DNA from: Vulcanimicrobiota bacterium
GTDB lineage: Bacteria; Vulcanimicrobiota; Vulcanimicrobiia; Vulcanimicrobiales; Vulcanimicrobiaceae
Assembly: GCA_003135555.1 (NCBI GenBank)
Contig: PLCF01000053.1
Span: forward strand, 30,131 to 94,130
Direction of reading: 5' to 3'
DNA: 64,000 nucleotides
In this document: positions 12,531 through 21,933 of the stretch, in pieces
How the letters are laid out: the number at the start of each line of letters is the position of its first letter
Numbering within the stretch: position 1 is the first letter of the stretch
The notes under the pieces: model-generated
Seen by the model: the letters and a program-made list of their open reading frames with translations, nothing else
Database searches by the model: none
Told to the model about the DNA's origin: nothing
Program-made: the position numbers and the translations under genes

Positions 12531-13577
12531 CTAGCTGTTCGGCGCGGTGCGCAGCACCTCGAAGCTCAGCGGCTGCGTGCACGCATAGGCACTGCCCTGC
12601 GTCGTGAGCTGCGGCGTGCACCGGCCGTACCCGATCGACGAGATCAGCGGGACCGTCGCGGGCCCGGCTCCGGTATTGCGGATCTGCACGGTGCCGACAT
12701 CGCCGTAATGTCCGCGCGTCACGAGCCGCATCCACAGCGTGGGGCTGATAACGCTCCACGGCGAGTCCAAGGTCGAAACGTCGGCCGCCTGGATCGGGGC
12801 AAACGTGCGGCTGAGCGAGGCAAAGTCGTTCGCCTGGCCGATGATCTGCGAGCGCATGTCGCGCAACTCGAGGACCAGCTGTCCGGCGCCGCCGAGTTGG
12901 CCGAGGATGCTGTCGAGCGACGGTCCGCCGACCGCGCTGGAGAGCGAGCTCCACTTGCCTTGGATGTCGTCGAGCGTGCTCGTTGCGAGCAGCCCTTTGT
13001 ACTCGGGGATCAGCGCGTCGACGATCCCTCTCGGTGCGGCCGGAAAGTCCGTATACCCCAGGCCGCCCTGGATCGTCCACGAGGTCGTCTGGATCGGGCT
13101 GAACTGGTACGGCGTAGACGAGGCGCGAGAGTTCATCGCGATGATCGCCGGCGCGCGCTTGCCGCGCATCGGACCCAGGACGAACGCGAGCGGCGAGCGT
13201 GCCGGCCGCGAGTGGCTCATGCAAAACTGACGTACCGCGACAGCGTAGTCGCCCGGCGGGAGCGAGACGATACCCGTGCTCGAGCCCTTGAGCTGCCCGA
13301 TGATCGACGCGGTCGTCGCGGCCGAAGCGCTAGCCGCGGGAACAAACGGAGCTCCCGGCAACGCGACGACCGTCGGGTAGAGCTCGACGGGGTCCAACCG
13401 GATCGGATTCTGCTCGGCGATGTACGGCGCGAGCTGCTTCGCCGCGGCTCCGAGCGCCGCGCGCTTCGGGTCGAGCCCGCCGGGCAAGTTGAACTGGGCG
13501 GACGCGGAGCCGCACAGTGCGGTCGCGACGAGCAAGACGGCCAGCGCCGTAACGAAAGAGCGTCGGAAGAGAGGCAT
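12531..13577 (-). CDS. secreted hypothetical protein (possible thioester-domain protein)
   Basis: Signal peptide ending ASA-Q; FCM and QxxxW motifs. Confidence 0.65.
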   Translation of the reverse strand: MPLFRRSFVTALAVLLVATALCGSASAQFNLPGGLDPKRAALGAAAKQLAPYIAEQNPIRLDPVELYPTVVALPGAPFVPAASASAATTASIIGQLKGSSTGIVSLPPGDYAVAVRQFCMSHSRPARSPLAFVLGPMRGKRAPAIIAMNSRASSTPYQFSPIQTTSWTIQGGLGYTDFPAAPRGIVDALIPEYKGLLATSTLDDIQGKWSSLSSAVGGPSLDSILGQLGGAGQLVLELRDMRSQIIGQANDFASLSRTFAPIQAADVSTLDSPWSVISPTLWMRLVTRGHYGDVGTVQIRNTGAGPATVPLISSIGYGRCTPQLTTQGSAYACTQPLSFEVLRTAPNS

Positions 13578-13669
13578 GGCCCTCCCCGTTCGGCGCGCCG
13601 CCGCGCAGGTCTTACCGGCGGCGACCGATGCGGCAGTCGCGCAGGGCGCCGGGGTGCTAGGGTGACGAG

Positions 13670-14830
13670 ATGAACCGGGCCGTCATCCTGGTCGGCTGCG
13701 TGCTGTTCGTCGCCATGTTGGGAAGCAATCTCCCCGCGCCGCTGTACGAAGCCTACCGGGTCCGTTTTGCGTCGAGCACGTTCGCGATGACGGTGGTCTT
13801 CGCGGTCTATCCGCTCGCGTTGGTTGCCACGCTGTTCGCGCTGTCGCGCTTGCCCGACCGCCTCGGCCGGCGTCCGACGCTGGCGCTCGGGCTCGTGGCC
13901 GCCGCACTCGGATCGATCGCGTTTGCCACCGCGACGAGTCTTGCGGCGCTCATCGTCGGCCGGCTCTGCGCCGCGGTCGCAATCGGCGCGATCGGGGCGG
14001 CCGGCCCACCGGCGCTCGTCGAGCTCGACGCCGCGCACGATCGCCGCCGCGCCGCTCTGGTCGCCACGTTCGCACTCTCGCTCTCGTGCGGCATCGCCCC
14101 GTTTCTGACCGGCGTGCTGGTCGTCACGACGTCGACCGGTTTCGTCGCGCCGTACGTCGCGAACGTGGTGCTCTGCGCGCTCGCGCTCGCATCCCTCGCG
14201 CTCGTTCCCGAGACCCGACCGCTCGTTGCGTCTCAGCCCGATGCGACGACGCCGCCGGAGGTCGTGCCCACGCTCGATGCGGCCGGGCGACGCACGTTTC
14301 TCGTCGCCGCGTTGACCAGCGGTGTCGTCTGGTGGCTGGCGTCGTTGTTCGTCTCGATCGTGCCGGCGTTCGTGGGGACGCTGCTCGACGCGCGCAGCCC
14401 GGCGCTCCAGGGCGGGCTCGCGCTGATCGTCTTCGTTCTCTCACCGCTCGCGCAAATGCTCGGACGCAGCCTCTCCGACGGCGCGGCGTTGCGGGCCGGC
14501 CTCGTCGGCACCGTGCTCGCGCTCGCGGCGCTGCTCGGTGCGGTGCCCTTGCACTCTCTCGGACTTTTCACCGCAGGCAGCGCGATCGCAGGCGTGGCGC
14601 ACGGACTCGGTTTCCTGGGCGCGCAAAGCGCTGTAAACCGGATCGGTACGCCGGCGGCGCGTGCGCGGCTCTCGGCGCGTTTCTACGCACTGACCTACCT
14701 GTGCATCGGGATCACACTGTTGGTCGTGGGTGCGCTCACCGCGCCGCTGGGGCTGTACGGAGCGCTCGCCGTCGTTGCCGGGGTGGCCGCACTTGCCGCC
14801 CTGCTCCTGGCACGCGTTACAGCGCGATGA
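13670..14830 (+). CDS. MFS transporter
   Basis: About 12 TM segments, LPDRLGRR motif A, SNLPAPLY N-terminus. Confidence 0.9.
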   Translation: MNRAVILVGCVLFVAMLGSNLPAPLYEAYRVRFASSTFAMTVVFAVYPLALVATLFALSRLPDRLGRRPTLALGLVAAALGSIAFATATSLAALIVGRLCAAVAIGAIGAAGPPALVELDAAHDRRRAALVATFALSLSCGIAPFLTGVLVVTTSTGFVAPYVANVVLCALALASLALVPETRPLVASQPDATTPPEVVPTLDAAGRRTFLVAALTSGVVWWLASLFVSIVPAFVGTLLDARSPALQGGLALIVFVLSPLAQMLGRSLSDGAALRAGLVGTVLALAALLGAVPLHSLGLFTAGSAIAGVAHGLGFLGAQSAVNRIGTPAARARLSARFYALTYLCIGITLLVVGALTAPLGLYGALAVVAGVAALAALLLARVTAR

Positions 14831-14938
14831 GAATCGGGGTCACGGGCTTGACCCACATCATCCTCACAACCTCGCGCCGTACGATGATGGCGACGAATCG
14901 GTGACGACACAATCGCCGGGCGTCATGAGGACACACAG

Positions 14939-15466
14939 ATGCAATCCTTCTCCAAGTTCATGCTCGCGACGGGCGCCGCCGCAGCCGTAACGACCGGCGC
15001 GATGATCCCCCGGCCCGCTTCCGCCGACACGACGTCGACGTTGCTCACGGCTGCCGCGGCGATCGGTGCGATCGTGCTGTACAGCAATTATCAGCACAAG
15101 CAGGCCGCGGCCAACTCGATCGTCGGCTACACCCGCAACGGCGGAACCGTCTACGCCGACGGTCGCGTCGTGATGCCCGACGGGCAGACGTACTACCCGA
15201 ACTCCAACGGTCAGTACGCCTACGCCAACAACGGCGCGTACAACGGAGCGTACAACGGCAACGCCAATGGCGCGTACAACGGAGCGTACAACGGCAACGC
15301 CAATGGCGCGTACAACGGGGCCTACAACGGCACCCGCCGGAGCGACTACAACGGCAACGCCGGGTACGCGAACGGCCGGCAGCACGACGCGCAACCGGCT
15401 GCGCCGTCCGCCTACGTTGCACGTAACGATAGCCGCGGCAACCACAAGGACAATCGCGGCCACTAG
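14939..15466 (+). CDS. secreted Asn/Gly/Tyr-rich repeat protein
   Basis: Signal peptide, then (NGAYNGAYNGNA)x3. Confidence 0.75.
   Translation: MQSFSKFMLATGAAAAVTTGAMIPRPASADTTSTLLTAAAAIGAIVLYSNYQHKQAAANSIVGYTRNGGTVYADGRVVMPDGQTYYPNSNGQYAYANNGAYNGAYNGNANGAYNGAYNGNANGAYNGAYNGTRRSDYNGNAGYANGRQHDAQPAAPSAYVARNDSRGNHKDNRGH
15230..15337 (+). repeat. coding tandem repeat, 36 bp x3 built from 12-bp subunits
   Basis: AAYGGCGCGTAC-AACGGAGCGTAC-AACGGCAACGCC units; third copy diverged. Confidence 0.9.
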
Positions 15467-15511
15467 CCGCGCGGGCGAAACCTCTGCGGTGCGGGGGCGG
15501 TCCAGGCGTGC

Positions 15512-16120
15512 ATGAACGGGCACACCTGGCTCGCCTTCGCGGGCATCGCAGTCGCGGTCTCGCTGCTGCCGGGCCCGGCGGTGTTCGCGGTCGTCTCGAC
15601 CGCGCTGCGCGGCGGGTTTCGCGCATCGCTGGCCGCCAATGCCGGCGTGCTGCTCGGCGACGCCGCGTTCGTCAGCGCGGCGGCGCTCGGGCTGGGCGCG
15701 CTCTTGGTCGCCTCACACGGTGTGTTCATCGCGGTGAAGTGGGCGGGGGTCGCGTACCTCGCATACCTCGGCATTCGCGTCTTCCTCGAAGGCGGCAGCG
15801 CATTCTCCGTCGAGGCCGCCGGCGCCGGGCGCCGGGCGTTCCGGTTCGGGCTCGCGACCCAGCTGTCGAACCCGAAAGTGATCCTGTTCTTCGGCGCGCT
15901 GCTGCCGCAGTTCGTCGATCCGGCGCGGCCGGCGGCCGTGCAGTTCGTCCTGCTCGGGGTGACGTTCATCGTCAGCGACGCGCTGGTGTTCGCGGCCTAC
16001 GGCACCCTGGCGCACCGCGCGCGCGTTTTCTTCAAGAGCCCGCGAGCGGCGCGCGCGACCGCGCGGGTGACCGGTGTGGCGATGCTCGGAGCCGCCGCGC
16101 GACTGGCCGCCGAACGCTGA
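15512..16120 (+). CDS. LysE/RhtB family exporter
   Basis: PGPA, KWAGVAYLAYLG, NPKVILFF motifs. Confidence 0.92.
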   Translation: MNGHTWLAFAGIAVAVSLLPGPAVFAVVSTALRGGFRASLAANAGVLLGDAAFVSAAALGLGALLVASHGVFIAVKWAGVAYLAYLGIRVFLEGGSAFSVEAAGAGRRAFRFGLATQLSNPKVILFFGALLPQFVDPARPAAVQFVLLGVTFIVSDALVFAAYGTLAHRARVFFKSPRAARATARVTGVAMLGAAARLAAER

Positions 16121-16136
16121 GCCCCGGAAGAACTCG

Positions 16137-16742
16137 CTAGGCCGGAACCGCTGCGCGGACCGCGTCCGCATAGCGTTCGAACGCGCTGCGATGCAGCGTG
16201 TGACCGTGACCGTCGAAGCGCTCGACCCGCACGGCGCGACTGAGCCGGGCAAGATCGTCCTGTGCGACGGTCGACTCGAGCCCGGCCAGCAGGATGGTGG
16301 TCGGGATCTTGAGCACCGCCAGCCGGTCGCGCAGATCCCATCCGCCCGCGTCGAGCGCGAACGTGCCGGCCGCGACCCGGATCATCGGCTCGACCAACAC
16401 GAGCGCCCGCGCGACCTTCGGTCCGCCCGCGAGCGCAACCGCGCCGCCCCAGTCGTGTCCGACGACCGCCGCCACGGTGCCGATGCTGTCGGCGACCGCG
16501 CGCAGATCCGCGCTCAGGGTTTCGAGCGCCGGAGGCGCAGCGGTCTCCGCGTCACCGTGCCCGCGCTGGTCGTACGCGAACACCCGGTGCGTGCTCGAGA
16601 GCGCCTCGCCGAGCTGCTCGAAGTCGCGCCGCGAGGTCGCGACCCCGTGGACGCACAGGATGGCGGGACCGGCGTCGCCCCAGCATTCGACCGTCGTCGT
16701 GACGCCGCTCTCGAGGCGCACGCGGCGGGCCTCGGCGATCAT
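16137..16742 (-). CDS. alpha/beta hydrolase
   Basis: CVHG, DQRGHG, GHDWGG nucleophile elbow, GHGHTLH; start MIAEARRV. Confidence 0.8.
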   Translation of the reverse strand: MIAEARRVRLESGVTTTVECWGDAGPAILCVHGVATSRRDFEQLGEALSSTHRVFAYDQRGHGDAETAAPPALETLSADLRAVADSIGTVAAVVGHDWGGAVALAGGPKVARALVLVEPMIRVAAGTFALDAGGWDLRDRLAVLKIPTTILLAGLESTVAQDDLARLSRAVRVERFDGHGHTLHRSAFERYADAVRAAVPA

Positions 16743-17647
16743 ATGCCGAGGCGTCCGGGGAACGTCAGCTCGGCGATCGCCGACTTGTCGAGCTCGCCGA
16801 GCCCAAGGGCTACGAGCCGGTCGTACTGCGCTTTGGTCGCCGCGGCGAGCGGCATCCGCACGCCGCACCGCTCGCCCAAAGCCAACCCGATCCCGGAGTC
16901 CTTGGCTGCGTGGGCGGCGGAGAAGTAGACGTCGTGCTCGCGCGAAACCATGTCGGCCCCATCGGTTTGGAGCACGCGCGAGTTGGCGCCGGTGTGCGCG
17001 AAGACGTCTTGCAGCAACGCCAGGTCGAGCTCGAGCGCGGCGCCCAGGCCGAGCGCTTCGGCCAGGCCGGCCGTGTTGATGTTCATCAGCATGTTCACCA
17101 GCGCTTTTACCTGCGCGGCCCGTCCCGGCCCCCCGACCCAGCGCAGCGCGACGCTCATCGAGCCGAGCAGGGGGCGAACGCGCTCGAACGCGCTCTCGTC
17201 GCCGCCGCAGATGAGGTACAGCGAGCCGTCGCGCGCCTGCGGAATCGAGCTCGCCATGCACGTTTCGACCGCGGCCGCGCCGGCCGCTCGCGTAAGGCGA
17301 TCGATCTCGACGTGGAGGTCGGGCGAGATGGTCGCGCAGTTGACGAAGACTTTGCCGGCGGCGTCCTGCAGCAGCGAGCCGGAGCCCGGACCGAAAATCG
17401 AACGCGTCGCCGCGTCGTCGGTCACGACGGTGAGTATCACGTCGGAGACGGCGGTCACCCCGGCCGGCGCCGGCGGCGTTTGCGCCCCGAGCTCGCGTCC
17501 CAGCTCGTTCGCGCGTTCGGCATCGATGTCGGCGACCGCGGCGATCGTATAGCCGACGTCTCGCAGCCGGCGCGCGATGTTCGCCCCCATGCGACCGACG
17601 CCGACGACGCCGACCCGGGTCGAATTCGGTGAAACCTGTGTCGCCAT
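16739..17647 (-). CDS. beta-hydroxyacid dehydrogenase family (3-hydroxyisobutyrate DH-like)
   Basis: GVGRMG, KALVNML, AAKD motifs; start MATQV at 17647. Confidence 0.85.
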   Translation of the reverse strand: MATQVSPNSTRVGVVGVGRMGANIARRLRDVGYTIAAVADIDAERANELGRELGAQTPPAPAGVTAVSDVILTVVTDDAATRSIFGPGSGSLLQDAAGKVFVNCATISPDLHVEIDRLTRAAGAAAVETCMASSIPQARDGSLYLICGGDESAFERVRPLLGSMSVALRWVGGPGRAAQVKALVNMLMNINTAGLAEALGLGAALELDLALLQDVFAHTGANSRVLQTDGADMVSREHDVYFSAAHAAKDSGIGLALGERCGVRMPLAAATKAQYDRLVALGLGELDKSAIAELTFPGRLGI

Positions 17648-17658
17648 CCCGCGACCTT

Positions 17659-18720
17659 CTACGCGCTGCGGGCGATCAGCTTCGCCAGCGCCGGCGCGGT
17701 CAGGAGGACCACGAACAAGCGCAAGGCTTGGATGGCGAGCACGAGCGGGACGTTCGCCCCGCTGCCGAGCGCGATGGCGGTGACCGAGTCGATACCGCCG
17801 GGCGTCGTGGCAAGGTACGCGGTAAGCGGGTCCACGTGCAGCACGGTCACGAGCAACGCCGCCGAGAGGCAGCACAAGAGCACCAGCACGACGGTGGCGG
17901 CGAGCAGCTGCGGCAGCAGGCGCAGCACGTAGCGCACGGTCGCCTGCGTGTAGAGCAGCCCGATGCTCAGACCGATCGTCAGGTACGCCGCGTCGAGCGC
18001 GACCGGCGGCAGCGCGATGCGAACGGCTCCGGCGCCGTGCAGAATCGCGCCGAGGACCATCGGCCCGAGCACCGCGCCGGCAGGGACCTTGAGGCGGACC
18101 GCAACGAGCGCGCCGAACGCGGCGACCGCGATCGTCTCGAACAGCGCGAGCACGTCGCCGCGCGACACCCCGACGCCGGACCACGTGCGGGGCACCAGCG
18201 AATGAACGAGCGCGGCATGCCCAAGCAGTGCTCGCGACACCGCCGAGGCGGACAGCACCACGACGGTCACCCGCAGGTATTGCATGAAGGCGACCACGCG
18301 CGGATCGGCGCCGAACTCCGCGCTCATCGCGGTCATCGCCGACGCGCCGCCCGGTGACGATCCCCAAGCCGCGGTGGGCGCCGATATCGATCCCCAGCGC
18401 GCCAAGCTCCACGCAGCCACCGCCGCAGCGACGATCGTCGTGGCGACAACGACGAGCATGATCGCCCAGGACTGCGCGATCGAAGCGACGACCGGCGGGG
18501 TGAACGTCTGCGCGATCAGCATTCCGATCGTCGCCTGCGCCGCGACGAACGCCGGCCGCGGGACGCGCAGGGCGACGAGCCCGCCGACCGCTGCCACGAT
18601 CGCCACCAGGATCGGAGCGATCAGCCATGGTGCCGGCAGGCCGGCGCGGTCGAGCACCAGCGCCCCGCCCGCGGCGGCTGCGAGCAGCGCCAACCATTCC
18701 AGCGCGGTGCGAGGCGTCAC
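17659..18720 (-). CDS. AbrB (AidB regulator)-family membrane protein
   Basis: Duplicated PGG motifs (SPGGASAM, TPGGID), MQYLRV, IQALRL. Confidence 0.85.
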   Translation of the reverse strand: MTPRTALEWLALLAAAAGGALVLDRAGLPAPWLIAPILVAIVAAVGGLVALRVPRPAFVAAQATIGMLIAQTFTPPVVASIAQSWAIMLVVVATTIVAAAVAAWSLARWGSISAPTAAWGSSPGGASAMTAMSAEFGADPRVVAFMQYLRVTVVVLSASAVSRALLGHAALVHSLVPRTWSGVGVSRGDVLALFETIAVAAFGALVAVRLKVPAGAVLGPMVLGAILHGAGAVRIALPPVALDAAYLTIGLSIGLLYTQATVRYVLRLLPQLLAATVVLVLLCCLSAALLVTVLHVDPLTAYLATTPGGIDSVTAIALGSGANVPLVLAIQALRLFVVLLTAPALAKLIARSA

Positions 18721-18758
18721 CCCCGGTAGGACCCGAGGCGCGACGACCCGGCTGCGGC

Positions 18759-18787
18759 TTGCTTCGCTGATATCAGTATGATATCAT
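18759..18787 (+). promoter_or_regulatory. promoter overlapped by two TGATATCA palindromes (probable RHH operator)
   Basis: TTGCTT-N17-TATCAT; CTGATATCAG 18767-18776 and ATGATATCAT 18778-18787. Confidence 0.65.
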
Positions 18788-18796
18788 AGGGCGACC

Positions 18797-18991
18797 ATGC
18801 GTGCGTTTGCAGCGCGCCTGGACGACCATGTGTACGACGAGCTGAGACGACGGTCGGAGACCGAACGCAAGAGCATGAACGCGGTGCTGAACGAGTCGCT
18901 GGAGCGACACTTCCGCGGCCGGTCGGATGCGAAGGCCGCTTTGCTGCGCGCGCTGGCCGCGCTCGACGCGAGCGAGCGGAGCAAGACGTGA
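18797..18991 (+). CDS. ribbon-helix-helix DNA-binding protein (Arc/FitA-like)
   Basis: MRAFAARLDDHVYDELRRRS...KSMNAVLNESLE strand-helix-helix pattern. Confidence 0.7.
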   Translation: MRAFAARLDDHVYDELRRRSETERKSMNAVLNESLERHFRGRSDAKAALLRALAALDASERSKT

Positions 18992-19299
18992 CGGCGGCGT
19001 ACAATTCTGGTTCGACCATGGCACGCACCCTCGAATCGCTCGACCCCGGAACATCGGTCTTCGCCGGCGCGACGCGCGTGGGCGAGGTTCGCGCGGTCTA
19101 TGCCGAGGGTAATGCGCGCCTGGCCGAGCTGGTAATCGTGCACTGGGATGCCCGCGGCGAAGACGTCATGGTCCCGACCACCGAGATCGAAACGATCGAC
19201 GAGGCCGGCGTACAGCTCATCCGCCGGGAACCCGATCAATACGCCGATTTGGCGCCGTTCGATCCGGCCGGATTCCCGACCATGAAAAAGCTGCGATGA
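18988..19299 (+). CDS. PRC-barrel-like small protein
   Basis: PGTSVF...RVGEVRAV...VMVPTTEIETID pattern; start 18988 or ATG 19018. Confidence 0.55.
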   Translation: MTAAYNSGSTMARTLESLDPGTSVFAGATRVGEVRAVYAEGNARLAELVIVHWDARGEDVMVPTTEIETIDEAGVQLIRREPDQYADLAPFDPAGFPTMKKLR

Positions 19300-20072
19300 C
19301 GGCTTCGCCCGGCTCGGGGCAGGCCGAACGCGCGGCGCCCGACGCGCCGGCGCTCCAGCCCAAGCTGAAGTTCTCCATCGTGGTGCCGACGTACAACGAG
19401 GCCGGCGGGATCGAGAAGCTCGTCACCACGCTGCGCGGCGTGTTCGAGGCCAACGGCCTCGATGGTGAGATCATCGTCGTCGACGACAACTCGCCCGACG
19501 GCACCGGCGCGATCGTCGACCGTCTGGAGCGCGCGGGCCTCCCCGTGCGCTGCCTGCACCGGCCCGCCAAGATGGGACTGTCATCGGGTGTGATCGACGG
19601 GTGGAAGTTTGCGCGCCCGGACTCCGCGGCGCTGGGGGCGATGGACGCCGATTTCTCGCACGACGCCAACATCGTACCGCGCATGGTGCTAGCGCTGCAG
19701 AACGAGGGGTACGGCCTGGCGATCGGGTCGCGCTACGTGGCCGGCGGCGGGATCAGCAATTGGCCCAAGCGCCGCATCATCACCTCGCGCGTGGCGATCG
19801 CGCTGGCGCAGCCGCTCACGCCGATTCGCGACATCACCTCGGGGTTTTTTCTGGTCAAACGCGAGGCCCTCGACGGGGTCGATCTCGATCCGATCGGGTT
19901 CAAGATCGGCCTCGAGGTGATCGCAAAGGCGCACTACGGTCGGGCGCTCGAGGTCCCCTACGTGTTCACCGACCGCGTGGCCGGGACGTCGAAGCTCAAC
20001 CAAGGCGAGATCCTGAACTACCTCAAGCAACTCGCCCGCATCTACGCCGCGAGACTTCGGGGTAAGCGCTGA
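19296..20072 (+). CDS. polyprenol-monophosphomannose synthase-like GT2
   Basis: VPTYNE, VDDNSPDGT, MDADFSH, GSRY, FTDRVAGTSKL. Confidence 0.9.
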   Translation: MTASPGSGQAERAAPDAPALQPKLKFSIVVPTYNEAGGIEKLVTTLRGVFEANGLDGEIIVVDDNSPDGTGAIVDRLERAGLPVRCLHRPAKMGLSSGVIDGWKFARPDSAALGAMDADFSHDANIVPRMVLALQNEGYGLAIGSRYVAGGGISNWPKRRIITSRVAIALAQPLTPIRDITSGFFLVKREALDGVDLDPIGFKIGLEVIAKAHYGRALEVPYVFTDRVAGTSKLNQGEILNYLKQLARIYAARLRGKR

Positions 20073-20074
20073 CC

Positions 20075-20983
20075 ATGGCGATGCCGGAGTGGCTGCGGCT
20101 GCGGCGCGCGAACCCGATCGATCCGGATCAGGCCGCGCAGTGGACCAAGTGTCCCAAATGCGCCGCCATGATCTACCGGCCGGATCTGGCCGCGAACCTG
20201 TGGGTCTGTCCGACCTGTCAGCACCACTTCCGAATGCACGCGTTCGATCGCATCTCGCTGCTGGTCGACTCGGACTTCACCGAGATCGGCGGCGAGCTGA
20301 TCCCCGGCGACCCGCTTGGCTGGACTGACAAAGTCCCGTATCCGCAGAAGCTCCAGCGCGATCGTGAGAAGTCCAAGCTCACCGAAGGCGTCGTCTGCGG
20401 CTTCGCGTCCATCGGCGGGTGCCCGGTCGCGCTGGGCGTCATGGATTTCAACTTCCGTGGCGGGACGATGGGCACCGTCGTCGGCGAGCGGATCGCGCTG
20501 TTGTTCGAGAGCGCCCGCGAGCGCAAGCTTCCTTGTATCGTCTTCACCGCCAGCGGCGGGGCGCGCATGGAAGAGGGGATGCTCGCGCTGATGCAGATGG
20601 CCAAGACGACGCTGACGGTACGCCGGTTCCACGATGCCGGCGGGTACTACATCAGCGTCCTCACCGACCCGACCACCGGCGGTGTCTCGGCCTCGTTCGC
20701 GTTCCAGGCCGACGTCGTGGTGGCCGAAGCGCGGGCCGCGATCGGCTTCGCCGGCCGGCGCGTCATCGAGCAGACGATCCGCCAAAAGCTGCCCGACAAC
20801 TTCCAGACGGCCGAATTCTTGCTCGAGAAGGGCGCGATCGACATGGTCGTCGAGCGCCACGAGCTCAAGGGCCGGCTGGTGCGGCTGCTCGACTACGGCC
20901 TGGGCGCGCAACGGCCCGCCAACGGCCTCGCGGCGCAACCGGCGACCGATACGCGCCCGGCGCCGGCGGAGAGCCGCTCGTGA
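20075..20983 (+). CDS. accD: acetyl-CoA carboxylase carboxyltransferase beta
   Basis: WTKCPKC..VCPTC zinc ribbon, SGGARMEEG, PTTGGVSASFA, GFAGRRVIEQT. Confidence 0.96.
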   Translation: MAMPEWLRLRRANPIDPDQAAQWTKCPKCAAMIYRPDLAANLWVCPTCQHHFRMHAFDRISLLVDSDFTEIGGELIPGDPLGWTDKVPYPQKLQRDREKSKLTEGVVCGFASIGGCPVALGVMDFNFRGGTMGTVVGERIALLFESARERKLPCIVFTASGGARMEEGMLALMQMAKTTLTVRRFHDAGGYYISVLTDPTTGGVSASFAFQADVVVAEARAAIGFAGRRVIEQTIRQKLPDNFQTAEFLLEKGAIDMVVERHELKGRLVRLLDYGLGAQRPANGLAAQPATDTRPAPAESRS

Positions 20984-21933
20984 ACGTCATCGTCGAACGC
21001 GAAAAAGGGTTGCTCGAGCTCGAGCAGCGCATCGCGGAGCTCAAGTCGCAGGCGGCCCAGCAGCCGGTCGACATGACCGCCGAGATCGAGGGCCTCGAGG
21101 CGAAGTACGCGCAGATTCAGCGCGACATCTTCGGCCAGATGTCGCCCTGGCAGCGCGTCAACATGGCGCGCCATCCCAAACGGCCGCTGGGCAGCGACTA
21201 CCTCGCCGCGCTCGATGTGTTCGACGAGCTTCACGGTGACCGGCACTTCCGTGACGACCACGCGATCGTCGCCGGCTTCGCGAAACTCAAGGGTCGCCGG
21301 GTCATGGCGATCGCCCAAGACAAAGGGCGCGACACCAAAGAAAAGGTGCGCCGAAACTTCGGCATGCCGGCGCCCGAGGGTTACCGCAAGGTCAACCGGC
21401 TGGTCCGGCTGGCGGCGCACCTGCGGATCCCCGTCATCACCTTCATCGACACCAGCGGCGCGGACCCCGGGATCGGCTCGGAAGAGCGCGCTCAGGCCGA
21501 AGCCATCGCGCAGTCGCTCTACGAGCTGGCCGACGCTCGCGGCCCGATCGTCGCGACGATCATCGGCGAAGGCGGCTCCGGCGGTGCGCTCGCGCTGGGC
21601 TTGGCCGACCGGGTGCTGATGCTCGAGCACGCCGTCTACTCCGTCGCTTCCCCGGAAGGTGCGGCCGCGATCCTCTGGGGCGACGCCGCGCGCGCGGAAG
21701 AAGCGGCGACGCGGTTGAAGTTGACCTCCGATGACCTGCTACAGTTCGGGATCGTCGACGAAGTGATCCCCGAGCCGATCGGCGGCGCCCATCGCGACGC
21801 CGTCGGCACCGTCGCCCGCGTCCTCGCGGCGGTCGACCGCGCGCTCGACGAGCTGGTGCAGATCCCGGTCGACGAGCTGCGCGACCGGCGCTATCGCAAG
21901 TTCCGCCGCATCGGCTCGGGTACGATCTCATGA
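20980..21933 (+). CDS. accA: acetyl-CoA carboxylase carboxyltransferase alpha
   Basis: ARHPKRP, ELHGDR, FGMPAPEGYRK, GEGGSGGALA; GTG start overlapping accD stop. Confidence 0.96.
   Translation: MNVIVEREKGLLELEQRIAELKSQAAQQPVDMTAEIEGLEAKYAQIQRDIFGQMSPWQRVNMARHPKRPLGSDYLAALDVFDELHGDRHFRDDHAIVAGFAKLKGRRVMAIAQDKGRDTKEKVRRNFGMPAPEGYRKVNRLVRLAAHLRIPVITFIDTSGADPGIGSEERAQAEAIAQSLYELADARGPIVATIIGEGGSGGALALGLADRVLMLEHAVYSVASPEGAAAILWGDAARAEEAATRLKLTSDDLLQFGIVDEVIPEPIGGAHRDAVGTVARVLAAVDRALDELVQIPVDELRDRRYRKFRRIGSGTIS

Noticed and set aside
15230..15337. CRISPR array
   Set aside because: Head-to-tail in-frame coding repeats without unique spacers, and no cas genes.
16739..18697. 652-aa ORF, and similar long N-terminal extensions at 10958, 20419, 29253 and 54360, as fusion proteins
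   Set aside because: The extensions are Arg/Ala-rich alternative frames overlapping real genes, typical of high-GC DNA; the true starts are internal.
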